Shown here piece after piece: positions 12,902-25,800 of a DNA stretch of 64,000 nucleotides (its first letter is position 1; each line of letters opens with the position of its first letter). The translations under genes were made by a program, and so were the position numbers. A model generated the notes under the pieces. That model made no database searches. It worked only from the letters and a program-made list of their open reading frames with translations, and had not been told where the DNA came from. Source of the DNA: Marsupella aquatica (Eukaryota; Plantae; Marchantiophyta); the NCBI GenBank assembly GCA_973895155.1, contig OZ316896.1, positions 22,215,722-22,279,721 on the forward strand. The letters run 5' to 3'.

Positions 12902-15269
12902 AGGAAATGAATTGACCAACAGTGGACAAAAAGATCAAAAGACTTGTGGAAGACTGGTCGTGAAGGATGAGGATGAGAATTAAAATAGTCATTGATCTCG
13001 GCTCTCCTTCTGTATTCACTCTCAATATGGAGGGTGCGAGTGATTGTACTAGTTAAGCCTTTGGTGTGTTTATCCACGAGCAACCTATTCTGCGAGCTTA
13101 GTAAGGTAACAGGCATGGAAGTCCTTAGAGCACGATTGCTCCATGCTGTATTTAATGAGTACCGTCAGAGCACTTCTGGAGTACATAAGTGATGTCGGTC
13201 CAGCTCAGGTGGATGGATCTCAAACTGGCTAGGTTGGAGTTTGATTCTTACTTCTTACTGTCAACTTTTATGAATGCAATTGTAAGCTCTTTTGACCCAC
13301 ACACCCAAGAATTCAAGGAAGACTATTCCGGCCTCAGCCCCCAAAACCACAAAGTTGAAGAGGGATATTATCCCCAATTCGGATTCAAACTACAAAATTA
13401 TAAGAAAAATCTGCTTCTGGACTGGTTGTGGATATCACTGGATTAAAAACGTTTAAGGGGCTTGGGATATCTATGGATTAAAACATTTCTTACATAAAAC
13501 TTTGACTTGGGGTATTATCATGGATTTTAAAGTAGTGAATTAACTTAACTTGAACAAGCTAACAACTTCTTCTTCCAAGTCCAACAAGTCAAAGATGAAT
13601 CTGAAGTGCAATCCAAGTAATTGATTTGGTATTCAGATAACGGTATCAGCTGTTGCTGGCATGCCTCTCCATTTTGGGGTTGGAACATCAGTAGGGATAT
13701 TTGGATACCATCATTTCCGTAACTCCAAGAGTGATGATCCCTCAATAGGCACTCGAATCCTAAATGGGATTCCATCTTGGATTTGAAATATTGTATTGGC
13801 CATTGGTTGCATGCCGTCTTTCTATTTCCATGATTGAATACCAATTGGGATATTTGGATCTACTTTAGTCTAGGTGGGAAAACAAGAGATCCCTCATTCA
13901 TCTCAAGCCACTTATTGTCTATGCAAACAAACACAGAACTAAGAATCACTAGAAGGGGGTAAGGAAATTCACAGAGAAAAACAAAAAAACCTTCGTTGCA
14001 ATCTCTCATTCAGCATGTTTGTTCTAATGCCTTCCTAATTTGACATACTGAAATATATAAATTTAGTAAGAGAATCATTTGAAATAACAGAAATGACTAT
14101 TAATTGCAAGGGCAGAATGGCAAGGCACAGCATTCTCGAGCTGTGTGAGTGAGGTAAGGAGGCCCGGTTCAGGGGTACAGGCCACATGAGACTCATAAAC
14201 ATTTATAAACTACTTGTAATGTCAGGAACAGTACTTGGAGCATCATTGTGTAACCCATTGGTGCTGGCAGGTCAAGGGCTTGAACCCTGCCTTGCAGTAC
14301 TCTTTTACTAAAGATGCAAGGGAGTGGAAAGGGGCAAAATTACAAACTAATATTTAATTGAAAAAGGGTTGTGGAAGGGTATCTTCAAAGAAAGAAACGA
14401 AATAAACATGTTAGGGGCTGTTCAACTAATTTCAAAATGGAAAGAATAACAAAGAACATAAATTGATGAGTCAGTTTTCAAGAATAAAATCATAGGTCTT
14501 GTTGAGCTACATGCTCACAAGCTATACCACAAGCAACACCTGCCCATTTGAAAGATTTGGGTTACCCGTAGCTACCATTAAGACAAACTTTTTCTTGAAA
14601 TCGTAGAGCAAACTGGCACAGTGGAGGAGAAAAGTTAGTGGAATGTGAAAAACAAGAGGACATCTTGGACACTTCCCCCTTCTGTAGGGTCAGTGGTGGC
14701 TTAATTAAGGTAATGTTAGGAGCCAGAAACTCAGGCAACATATTAGAGTTATGGCCAAATTGGGGTGAGTCTGCTGTTAATTTGGCAGTTTCAACCCATA
14801 TTCCAACCGTCAATATCTGTCCAGGTTTCACTGTTAGATGGTCATCCATGTCCTCTATACTAACCACAACACTCTTTCTAGCCCTCAACATTGGGTTGAG
14901 TATCTTACTTTGCTCCTACCCCAACTTGCACTCCCAGTTGGCTGCCCCTCCCCCATCACCATTGCTCAAAGGTGGGCCAGGGTGTTGAGGATGATGACTT
15001 CCCATCAATCCCATGATGAATACTAACATGGTGTGGATGTCCATTGCTGGATCATTCCAAACTATTTACAGTTACTTCACTGTACCAACGGTGACAAGAA
15101 AAGGTGGGGTAATTAGACTAGAAAGACTCACAAACTGGACAAAAAGGAGCGTCAATATATACTACAATCTAACTTCAGGGGAAAATACCTAACTCTGACT
15201 TGGACGACCAAATCTTTGTCCTGAAACTGGGCCCAAAAAAATAAATTGGAAAGGGAGAGTACCACCCTA

Positions 15270-16060
15270 CGTGCAGGAACGTGCACCAGCACCACGCCGG
15301 TCCCCAACTCAAAGCCCAGGCCACCCCCACACTCGATCCCTCACCGTCGTCCAAGCCCCCAGCCGTTTCGGGGCCGATCCCGACCGTGCCCGATTGGCAG
15401 GCGTGGGGCCCCGGGAGGCTGGGGGGCGAGCAGGGGGCCGTTGGGTGGACTGGCGCGACGGGGTCTGGGGGCGGGGGAGGGGGAGGGGCGAGACGACGTG
15501 ACCCCGTGACCCCGTGCGACTGAGCGGACCCAGCCGTGTCCCGGGCGCAGTCAGATCCACGTCGTCCTCGGGCCAGCACAACTCCGGCGGTCCGGCCCCG
15601 TCGATGAGTGCAGTGCGCGCACTTTCCGTCAGAACGTACACGAACTTTTACCGTCCGATCGAGGCAGGAGCACGCAGGCAGGCAGGCAGGCAGGCAGGCA
15701 GGCAAGAACGATTGGGAACGGAGCAAAATCAAAGCGCTCGGCTCGGAGAGCAGAGTGAAGAGCTCTCGCTGCGGTCACGCGGGCCGATGATCGATGAATG
15801 AATCAAATAATGAATCATTGGCGCTATGGCTTGTTCGCTCGTTCGACTCTGACAAAGGAAGGTTGTCGACAGGATCAATGACAGGATGACTGTCTGATTC
15901 CGCAGGGTGGAAAAGAGATCGACGAAATCGATCGAGTTGGTCGCTCGTTTGGTTTGGCTTTCGATCTGTGGTGGAGGAGAGGAGAGGAGAGGAGTAGGAA
16001 AGCGGATCTGCGAAAGGACAAGGAGGGAAAGGCGGGGATGGTATGCGGTAGACGTCATTA
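15270..16060 (+). promoter_or_regulatory. GC-rich promoter / 5' leader region of the large RME-8-like gene, with (GGCA)n microsatellite at ~15674-15703 and GA-rich tracts
   Basis: Local GC/CpG-rich island directly upstream of a multi-part 5' UTR (donor-like GGTAAGG at ~16461) and the ATG at 16871. Confidence 0.5.
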
Positions 16061-16870
16061 AATTACTGCTGTAGGTGTGTCAATGAATGGAATATACACC
16101 GTGGACGGAGGAGATTGGAATGTGAGGGGTTGAGCACGGGAGCGATCGTGAGCAGCACCATCTGCTGCTGGTGTGAGGTTGATGCAGAAGAAGTCGTCAG
16201 CTCCTACAGAGTCCCGTTAAACGGCTTCGCTCGCCGTTCAGAGTCGTCGCGTCTCTCTTTCTCTCTGTGTCCTGGACAAGTACAGATCGTCTGTCGCGTC
16301 GCTGAGGAGGTGTACCAATTTTCCACTTGATGAGGACCTTAGACGAGGCTTGAGGTTCCAGCATTGTGCTCTGTCGCGCGGCCTTTATTTTTTGGTTTCT
16401 CATCGGAGCTGCGTTCTGATTGACGATCTACAGGCAGGGCATTATTATCGCTCTAGGAGGGTAAGGGGGTGCTGAGATTTATGGTGTGAATTTGAGCGCC
16501 TGATCCACTCAGGCGTTTTGTTGTGATCCTTCTGGAGCCAAATGAGAGGTTTTTCATTGTCTCTTATGAGGATACGGAGCTCAGAGATTCAAAGCAGTGG
16601 TGGAGAATTTGTCATCGATCGGTTCTGGACAATTACGTCAGTGAGGGTTGAGAAGTTGATTACGACGACGGACTTCTTCCCGCCGCAGCCAGGGCATGAT
16701 ACTGTAGCATATGGTTTAAATTCGCGGCAACAGCAGAGAATTATCGTCACCATCATCAATCCGAGTTTTCCTTCGACAAGTCGTTCAATTTCTGGAGACC
16801 GCTAGCTTGAGTAAGCTCTGAATGCACTGCGGAGGACTTCTACGCTATAGCAGCTCGTCAAAGAGTCGGT

Positions 16871-19800
16871 ATGGACCACCAGGTTTTCCTGGTCAGGCCC
16901 CCCGGCTTGACAAACGTGAGAGGAGCGCCCGCCAGGGGTGTGACGCGGCTCCTTCGAGTGGAGGACCATGGCATCATTTTGACGAACTTGACACCACATC
17001 CAGGGCAGCCGCTGGAGTACAGCTTCGAAAACTTGGCTAATGTCAGAGCTTCAAGCGAAGACAGTAGTGAGCTTTCTGTTGACTTGCTCGATAGCGGCAC
17101 GACGCTAAAGTTCTCCACTGAAGCAAGACCTGCTCTTCTCACTGCTCTTCATAACCGACTAGATGAAGTCAACGGCATTGGTAAGTCAGTGCAATCTTCT
17201 GAGCATTTCTAATCTGTTTCACTTATGTCACAAATGCTGACCCGTGCTTCTTTAGTAGAAGTCAGCCACCCTGGCCGACTCACTAGCTGGGTAGCCTGGA
17301 CGCTTGCTTATGTACTTTTGCAGGTATCAGCATTAACAAAAATATCTCAAAAATAATGATTTTCTTCGGACGATGATGCATAAATTCTGGTCACGTTCAT
17401 TCGCCACTCTCCCAAAAATCTTCCGACGATTTATTAAGATCAAAACAGCTCTGATCTCAATTCTCAAGAGATACCATTTTGCAACGCTGCATTTTAGCGG
17501 ATGGCTATCGTTCCCACCTTGAATGGAAAGAAATGGTGTCGGCAATCCTTCGTGGACCTCTTGGGCTGGAAGAATCATCGATTATGCTTAATGTTATGGA
17601 TCCACTGTAAGTTGCGGTAGCCCGAGGAAATTCACTCACGGCGATCTCACACTACAAGCGTTGAGGGCTGGACGGTACTTGACACTACAGCGAAGGACCG
17701 ATATGCTATAAATATTTTCCTGAGGATGGGACTGTGCGTGTGGCATTTTGAAACTGTTCCGATCTTCCCTGCATCAGTAGACGAGCTCTAGGTCGATTTT
17801 TAATCCTGGGGAGGAAGGAGATTATCCAGCGAAAAGACACAATGCAGGTTTCCCGTGGGCGGGGGTTGGGAGATCTGGAACATATTGGAGCGGTTTCATT
17901 TTTCGAAGGAATTACCTGGAGTTACTCATAAAGTGCAGAAGGGAGGGACTGGACAAAGAAGGCTGTTTAGCAGCTACTGCTATTGATGCATTAGCTACAT
18001 TGCCTACAACATTGCGGGAGATCGTTTTGTTGACCTAGAGGAGCTTGAAAGCTCTGCCGAACCTCTTCTATAGCAGTGTGGAATTTTACTCGCGATTCCT
18101 TCAGAAATCCCGCGGTCCTGACATTCTTTTCCCGATGCTATGGCCTCGAGCGCCGGAGCAGCTTTGATCCCAAAGCTGCCCTTGGAGGGCATTTTTATGT
18201 CAGATCTGTGGAAAACATAATTAATGGGATTCTACAATGACGCATTTTATTTCTGACGATGATAGACAGTGTCTTGCATCTACCGGTGTAGTGAACTGTT
18301 TGTGTGTTCGTGCAGTCTAGATCTCTTTCAATGTCATGGCAAGAAGTAACTTTCAGCTCGAGGTCCGCTGGATGGACTAGCAGGGTCGGTTGGGGCTCTT
18401 CAATTTCCAGAGAGGGGTGCTAGATTTTACTTTGTATTGCAAATAAGTTGTTGAGAAGAGGCTGAATTTGATGGGAGGGTTGTAGATAATATGATTCCAT
18501 GATGGATAATATCATTGCGTCTCCTCTCCTTTAACGAGAAAAGTCACTTCGATCTTAATGTTTGCATGAAAGTTCTCCACCAGGTCTGGTCGTTAACTTG
18601 CATTTGGCAACGTTGACTGCTTCTGCAGGCACTGACTTCTTTCTTCAAAAACATAGTAACCAGCGCGGTGGGCTAGCGGACACTGTTCTCCGCGTGCGTA
18701 GTGCCTCGCTTGTGAAAATGGTGAGCACTGGAGTCCGGCAAGAAAGACGAAAGGTAATCTTTTTTCTTCAAGACAGCTCATTTAGTGCACAAATCTCTCC
18801 TACAGGAGAAACTTTGACTATTCTGAAGTTCAGGTAGGTGATGCTATGCCGATCAGTAACAATATTGCCATTCACGTTCGTAATCTTTCGTGTGTAAGTG
18901 GTATGGTGAGGGTGGATACCGGAAGCAATGATTTACAGGAAGCTTCACATCTGTCAGATATCGTCTCATGTCATGAGGGTGACTGTCGTGCAGGTCAATC
19001 CCGCAAAGAAAGTGAATTTCGAGGATATCGTCAAGATGGAAACTCTTATTGATGATGAGCATGTTGCTCTTTTATATCTCAAATCGAGAGTGATGAGGCT
19101 CTCCTTGAAAGATTCTCTTCCTTTCTTACAGGCAGTACAACTCAACATGAAGGTGTGTAGAAAGGCTTTGTAGACCTGGATGTCACATTTGAGAACATTA
19201 AGAAAGGGTCGGATATTTTAGTACTGTTCGTTTTACAATTTGTTCGTTTGCATTCCGGCTCTGAATAACAATTTTTCGTTCCGAAGACTGAACAATCTCA
19301 ATCCTATCTATTTACTAGTGCGTTTGCTCGTATTATTTTGAGCCGAAATCTTGGACAGAAAATTTGGGGTGTCGGGTGTGCCGTCAGGCGGTCTTTGAAT
19401 TTTGTAACATTGTTTGATTGACAGATGTGTCTGAGCAAAGAGATGGAAATCGAAAAAATAACGACATCTGACATGGTTGAGAATGTCGCTGCCTACTTAC
19501 GGAAAGTTGTAAGTGAAACAAATTTTGTTGACTTGATTGCAAGGGTCCGTTGGGTACATTGCCTCATTTGGTTATGTTCTTTTGAATTTAACTGTGTGAC
19601 AAAACTTCATACGTATACAATGGAATGACATCAAATTTGTGTGTTACAATAGAGAGAATCTCCAGTTCTATACGAGTTTGAAGTTGTGAAACGTCTTGAC
19701 AACGCCAAGCAAGAGCGGGGGCGCATAATCTGCATCACCAAAGACTACTTTATTGAAAAATCGGGGGATGAGGTGATAGGCGTTCACAGGTAGCCAAGCC

Positions 19801-22800
19801 AGAGACTGCTCCGGTATTTTTCTTTTGGTCATTAGCGTAAGGTTGATGGACTATCAATGACAGTCATGGTAGCTTTCTAACATTTTGCGTCTCTGAATTG
19901 TACCGTAGTCACAATCACGTCGCATCAGCAGGTGGGATGTGAGAATTGATGAGGCATGGCTTCATGCATGCAGATTAGTATCAAGCGTAAAAACGTACAA
20001 CTTATTCATTCAAATCTTACATGTTTTTCTAATGAGTATTTACAAACTTTTGTTTGACATCGTGTGCAGTCTGAGTGATGTTCTAGGTGTAGTTGCCAAT
20101 GACAAACGTCCCAAAGACGTGATGCTTGAGCTTAAATCATGGAGAGCCACCCAATATCACATTGGGGAGAGGGATAACTTTATTGCTAGTATGGCCAGTG
20201 TGATGAATTCTGGGAAAGGTTCGGAGTTCAGCATTCGCTCGGAGCCTTTTTTTAGCTACACACTTCCTGACAAGTGCCATCCAGTCTACAAGGTCAGTAA
20301 ATGGAGTATTCTAATTTTTGTGTCTTCCGGTTTTCTTCTTGTTGTTTGCTCGTGTTGCATCCCTTGCTTTTGGGTTTAGGATGAAATCGGAAGTAGTTGA
20401 CATGCGAATGCTGAGATGCCACTAACATATTGTCTTGGACTGGAGAAAGGATTCTGCATTGCTCGCCCCTTCCTTTCTGAAATGAACCTGCTAACTGTAC
20501 ATATTTTTTGAAGCAGAGTGAGTGCGAGGCTTATTTTTTGAGTCGTTTCATGACGGTGTATAACAGCAGTAGAGAGCCACCTCTCCTGAATGTTTTGCTG
20601 AAGGAGTATGCGTGCAACTTAAATGTAAGTTTAGCTGTATTCTGTGCATGTAAGAATGGTTTGCAGTTCTTTTTGGGCTGTGGCTCGTCCTGACGGCACT
20701 ATTGCTTTCTGAGCATGTTTGTGAACTGAAGCTTGTCGTAGCTTTCCATAAAGGAGCTGTCCAGTGTATCACCTGAAAGGATTTCTATGGATATTCTAGG
20801 TTGGGGACTCGCAATGCGCAGATCCGAAGGTTTTCCAGGCGGTTACTGATGTCCTAAGGGATTGCCTTGGTAAACCATCTCTCCCTCCTTTTCATTTCAG
20901 AACTGTTTCCATGGTATGATTTGCGAAGTCTCCTGATGGAAATCTAACACCGAGTTGGTCTCCGACCAGGAGGTTCTGGACAAGATATTGTCTGCGCAAC
21001 AACTTGCTGCGTTGTATTGCAAAGACTTCTCGCATCAAAAGTATGTTTTGAAGCAGTTAAACAGATGCCTGATTTTTCAGCTCTTCTCGTTCTGGTAAGT
21101 TCATGTTACAGTAATCTGTTTTCTGTCCCTTTTCCAGGGGTGCCAGGCGTTCCCGTTTTGAGGGATGCTTGCAGCCCGTTAACCGTATGGATGATGTTTT
21201 GACCTCGAATGCATCGTCTTATGCAAGACGACTAATTTTGAGACCGGTCCTTTGACTGATACTGTTGTCATCCTTGACTCGACAGTGCATGCGATCAGAT
21301 AGTGCTGTATTGGCGTATCTTGCTACAACCGTTTTCAGAGCAGCCCTGAAGCTGAATTCGGATCAAGGAGGAGACGTGGGGAATGTCACTAGGGTATGCT
21401 TGAAACATTTTCCGGTAAAACTTTGAAGGAGGATTACAGTTCCGGGTATGCTGAGCAATCTGTAGAGGATTTGGCTTAGGGATTCGCTGGACCAAGAAAT
21501 CGTTTCTAACCTTCGTCATGTAAACTGCAGCTCGAGTCAGCAAATAAGTTGTCTGTCTTAAGTGCCGACAATTTGCAACAACTTGTTTCCCTACTTCACA
21601 CCAATTCTCTGATTTCGTCTAATGTTCTTCAGGTACTCTGGCCTGCTTAAACTCTGAACTTCAGGTTTCTTTGACCTCGCATATGTTACTCGCAACTTTG
21701 TTTTGTTAAGCTTTGGAATTAATTTTGATCCAGATCCTCCTCCGAAGGACTTTGACTTCGTGGTCAGGATCTGGCCATTGGACTTATGACGTAATGTAGC
21801 CTTATCCGATTTCTTTTGATGTTCAGATTGTGGGTCTACTGGAGATTTTTACTCTAGCATTGAGTTCGCAACCATCTGATAGTGAGGCAGGACGGATGTG
21901 GATCAAGGTAAATACTAGGACATTGTGGTGTCAGGTGTGCTCGAGCTGATTCTCCCAAATCATAATTTCTTATCTACTCGTATAAATGGAACATGGTTTT
22001 GGCTCACATTGGGAAATTGCGTGGATGCATCAGGCATTCGAGTTTTCAGTCTTGGCTGCGGCTGATGTTCTTTGTACTATAAGCAGGTTTCCTAGCGCTG
22101 TCGTCTTCCGCAGGTATCTTCTTGTTACACTGTCCTACAAGAAATAAATAATCGAAGCGCTCTGATTCTGCAACATAAACGTGAGCCGATGCATACTAGT
22201 TACGTCACTGTATTATACCTCTCTAGGAAGCTGACCGTAGAGTTGAAATTGTTCAACTTTCTCCTGACAATTTTGTTATTGTGGCCAGTAACTCGGTGTT
22301 GTTGAAGGGTCTGCTTACTCAAACATCTCCCGTTACTGCAGGCCATTTGCAAGTACGTTCGCACGAAAGTATGAATTCCATTTGCATTTGAAAGACGTTT
22401 TGCAAAATTCGAGTGGACTTTGCAGTCTGTTCACGAGACTGAGCTGCTTGCTTCTGATACCTTGGGGTGTGATGTGTAACAATCTGTCGCAGAGAGTTTG
22501 TCTAGGAAAGTGTGTGGTCCTTCTGCACCTAAAAAACGCTATCTTCTCAAAGAAACAAGAAACAAGAACGTTAAGTGGCACACTGGTTTACCTTATGTTG
22601 GAAGGTAGTAGAGATGCACGGAAGCTGCTGGAGAATATTCTTCCAAAGGTGGGGTTTATTTCTGTTGGCAAGTATTTACTCAAAAGATTTGATTTTACTA
22701 TTCTTGAAACATCGAATTACAGAATCTAACTTGTCCTTTTTGGTTGAAGGGTGTAATGCTGTTATATGCAACAAAGATCACGGAGCTGTTATTTGCTTCT

Positions 22801-25800
22801 AAGGTATGAAAATTTGCCGGCGTTCTAGAGAATTTATGGCCAAATGAATTTTGTTCGTATCTAGATGCGCCACCATGCATTAGTAGAGGAAACATTTTGT
22901 TGTGCACGCTATTCGTTTGAGCCGTTCAATTTCATCATTCGAACAACTAGAGTTTTTCAGTGTGCCTAAAATTTTGATTTACACATAAGTAGTTGTTTGT
23001 GATTTCAGGAAAGGACCCCTAACAAATTCCCTGCATGGATGGAGGTCCTGGAGATGTTGCGTTTGCACACTCTAGAGACACCTGGTTTGGTGTGGAATGA
23101 CATCAAGAGATCGGAGCTTCAAAAGGTACTCGAGGAACTAAACTGAGGAAATAACGTGGGGTTGTGTATTTGTCACTTTCTCGTAGATCATTGAACAGAG
23201 AACGGAAGTCCACTGAACTTTGTGATCCAAGATACGCAGAATGGTATAGAAAATGTACTGACAGCTGCCATTTTGTTTTTCTCGTGGCACCAGTTTCTTA
23301 AGGATGAGGTGGAAGGATATGAAGTTGCATCAGCAAAGAATCGTGACTTACTGTATAACAGTGCAGATGTGCAGCTGGTCTACTCGAGTGCGAGTGAGGG
23401 TGAAGGTAAGACAAGTTTGTGACGTTTGACATTGTGAGATAAATCAGCTTGAATGCTTGTTGGCTCCTCTTTGGTGAGAGTCGAATCTAGTTCTTTCCGC
23501 TTTCAGTAGATTGCAGCCTTGACGTCAGGGGTGATTGTCTGGGTTCATCAGGGTTGCAATGTGGATCACTCTTGCAGGTTCTGTCATTGGAGGAATCCAC
23601 CTGGAACTCCTTGTTGATCATTCCCCTCCTCCAGACAGTCCGAACAGCAATTTCTGGAAGGTAGTAGTGGGTCTATTCAAAAGCAAGGTTCTTGTGTGTC
23701 GTTCGGATGCTTAGCACAAAGACATTTTGCTTGATTTGTTTTTAAAAGTTAATCATAGATAGCCGTAGTTTGAATAGCTTTTGTGAAACACATTGCCTCA
23801 GGGTTTTCCGAGTCCTTTGGGGCACGCGAAGGGACTTCATCATCCCATCCCCCATTTTAATACTGCCAGATCCATCTTGACCTGTGATAGGATTCAATTT
23901 CAACTGTCAACAAGCAAGGAATTCTGGATTATTGAATTGAGCAAAAGAATTCGGTGCCTTTGGTATCAATCTTCAGTGTCTATCTTTGTGATCATATTGC
24001 TCATTTTGCTGAGGACTCTCCGTGACTGATTGACTTACTGACTGACTTGATCTTGGGCTATGATTTGCTGAGCAGCTGAAAAATCCTCTATCACTTTTCC
24101 AGTCAGTATTCCAGGCCATGGTGCTTGGCTTCACACCTCTATTTGGGCACAGTAGTTTACCGGAGGTTGATCTTCGGCTGGCAGCACATGCTTTGACGTG
24201 GCTGTATGAAAAATACGCAGAGCAAGTTTCCTTTGGCGTTGAGACGTTAAATGTCATTGAGGTATGATAATTTAGATTCTCTCTTTGCTTTGACCTCTAC
24301 ATAGACTTAAGCTGTTAGTGTTTAGTCTGTCTGATGATGCCTGGGGAGCGGGATGTTTGTCGGTTGTCACATAGCCCCGGAATATTGAACATGTTTTCAA
24401 AGTTGTATCCTGTCAAGTCTGTCGTGGATTTTGCATTTTCAATCAGGTTTGAACATTTCTTCGCTTTGAATGACATAGTCTATATGCTTATTTATGAAAA
24501 ACACCTGCTTTTAACAATCTTCCCGCCATTCCCCCACTCCCTTCCTTTTCCTTCCCCTGTGGCGGGCCCTCGTTTTTAATTTTATAAGAAAAAAAGCACC
24601 CAAGGTTCTTCGGTCGCGTTAGTCCATCACCAAAAGAACTCCTGCGCATGGAAAATGGTCATGAAAATACTATAATTTCCTTGCAGAAGGATGATTCCTA
24701 TTGCTTGTCAATTTTATCTGCAGACAGCTGTTGGAATGCTGCGGGAAGTGTATGAAACCGAACATCAGGTGTTCGTCTTCAAGCTGGTTGTGTTTCTTCT
24801 TACTACGGCAGAGTTTGGTGGGCAAGATAATGTACTCCGCTTTATACGAGCAGGGGGTGCGACTGTTGTTGTTCCTTTGGTCGTTCTTTCACTAGCCAAG
24901 GTGAACATGATGCCCTTTCATGGGTTTGAGCTTTGGTCCGGTGAAAGCAAATTTATGTTCCTTTCTTATATCTCAAAACTTTTCTCAATCACGTACACCT
25001 GAAACTGTTGGTGTTTGTTATATGTAGTGCTGCAAAGAATCACATGCTTTTGAGTGCGACGCGTGGAATTCCAAGGACACGAAACTTCGTGGTGCAATTG
25101 AAACCATCAAAGTTACTGGTGCCGATGGGGAAACACGGCTCGTACGCATCCCCTCTGGAAGGGCTCGAGAAGTCCTTGACAGAGCTGTGCAAGATGGTAG
25201 TCTAGACGCCAAAGAGGCAATCAAGTGGCAGGATGAGAAGGTTCCAGATAAGGTCCAGCTGGGCTTGGCTCTGGATCTATTGGAAGCTATATTGAGGTAT
25301 CCTGACAACATAGAGCTGAATGAGATCTGCCCTGAAATTTGTTTGGTTGTTTGTGTCAAGAGTCTCGTTTGCGTATACGGAAAGGAAATGGGAGGCAGAG
25401 CCTATTCATGATGGCTGACAATGATGTTAAATTTTTGTGATACAGGCATTCTGGAAGTGATGGCGATGTAGAGCATTTTCCACCATCTGCCGTTGTGACT
25501 TCTTTGTCCAGGGAGGAGATCTTTTGTCACTTAGTGCAGACTCTTCTGCGTGCAAAAACTCCAGTTCTTGGAAGGTATGCAACATGCAACTCTAATCTGT
25601 CACTGAATACTTTGATCAGAACTGCAACGGCTTTACAACATTTCTGCTCTGCGCATGGTCACAGAATAGTTTCCTTTTGTGAAAAATTTCCTTTTAAATG
25701 GTCTTTCGTGTCTCCTAATATGCTCAAGGAAGAAAGGAGTTGCAGTGATCTGGATTGCAAGGAATTATGTTCGATTGCATATTTTTCTCTTGTTTGCGTA

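Noticed and set aside
13545-14990. ORFs of 99-116 aa between the peptidase and the RME-8-like gene
   Set aside because: No recognisable motifs or consistent splice structure; possibly old TE debris but unsupported.
15175-16058. Cluster of overlapping ORFs, including 185 aa on the - strand
   Set aside because: Stop-poor GC-rich promoter DNA with a microsatellite-derived LPAC repeat; no recognisable domain.
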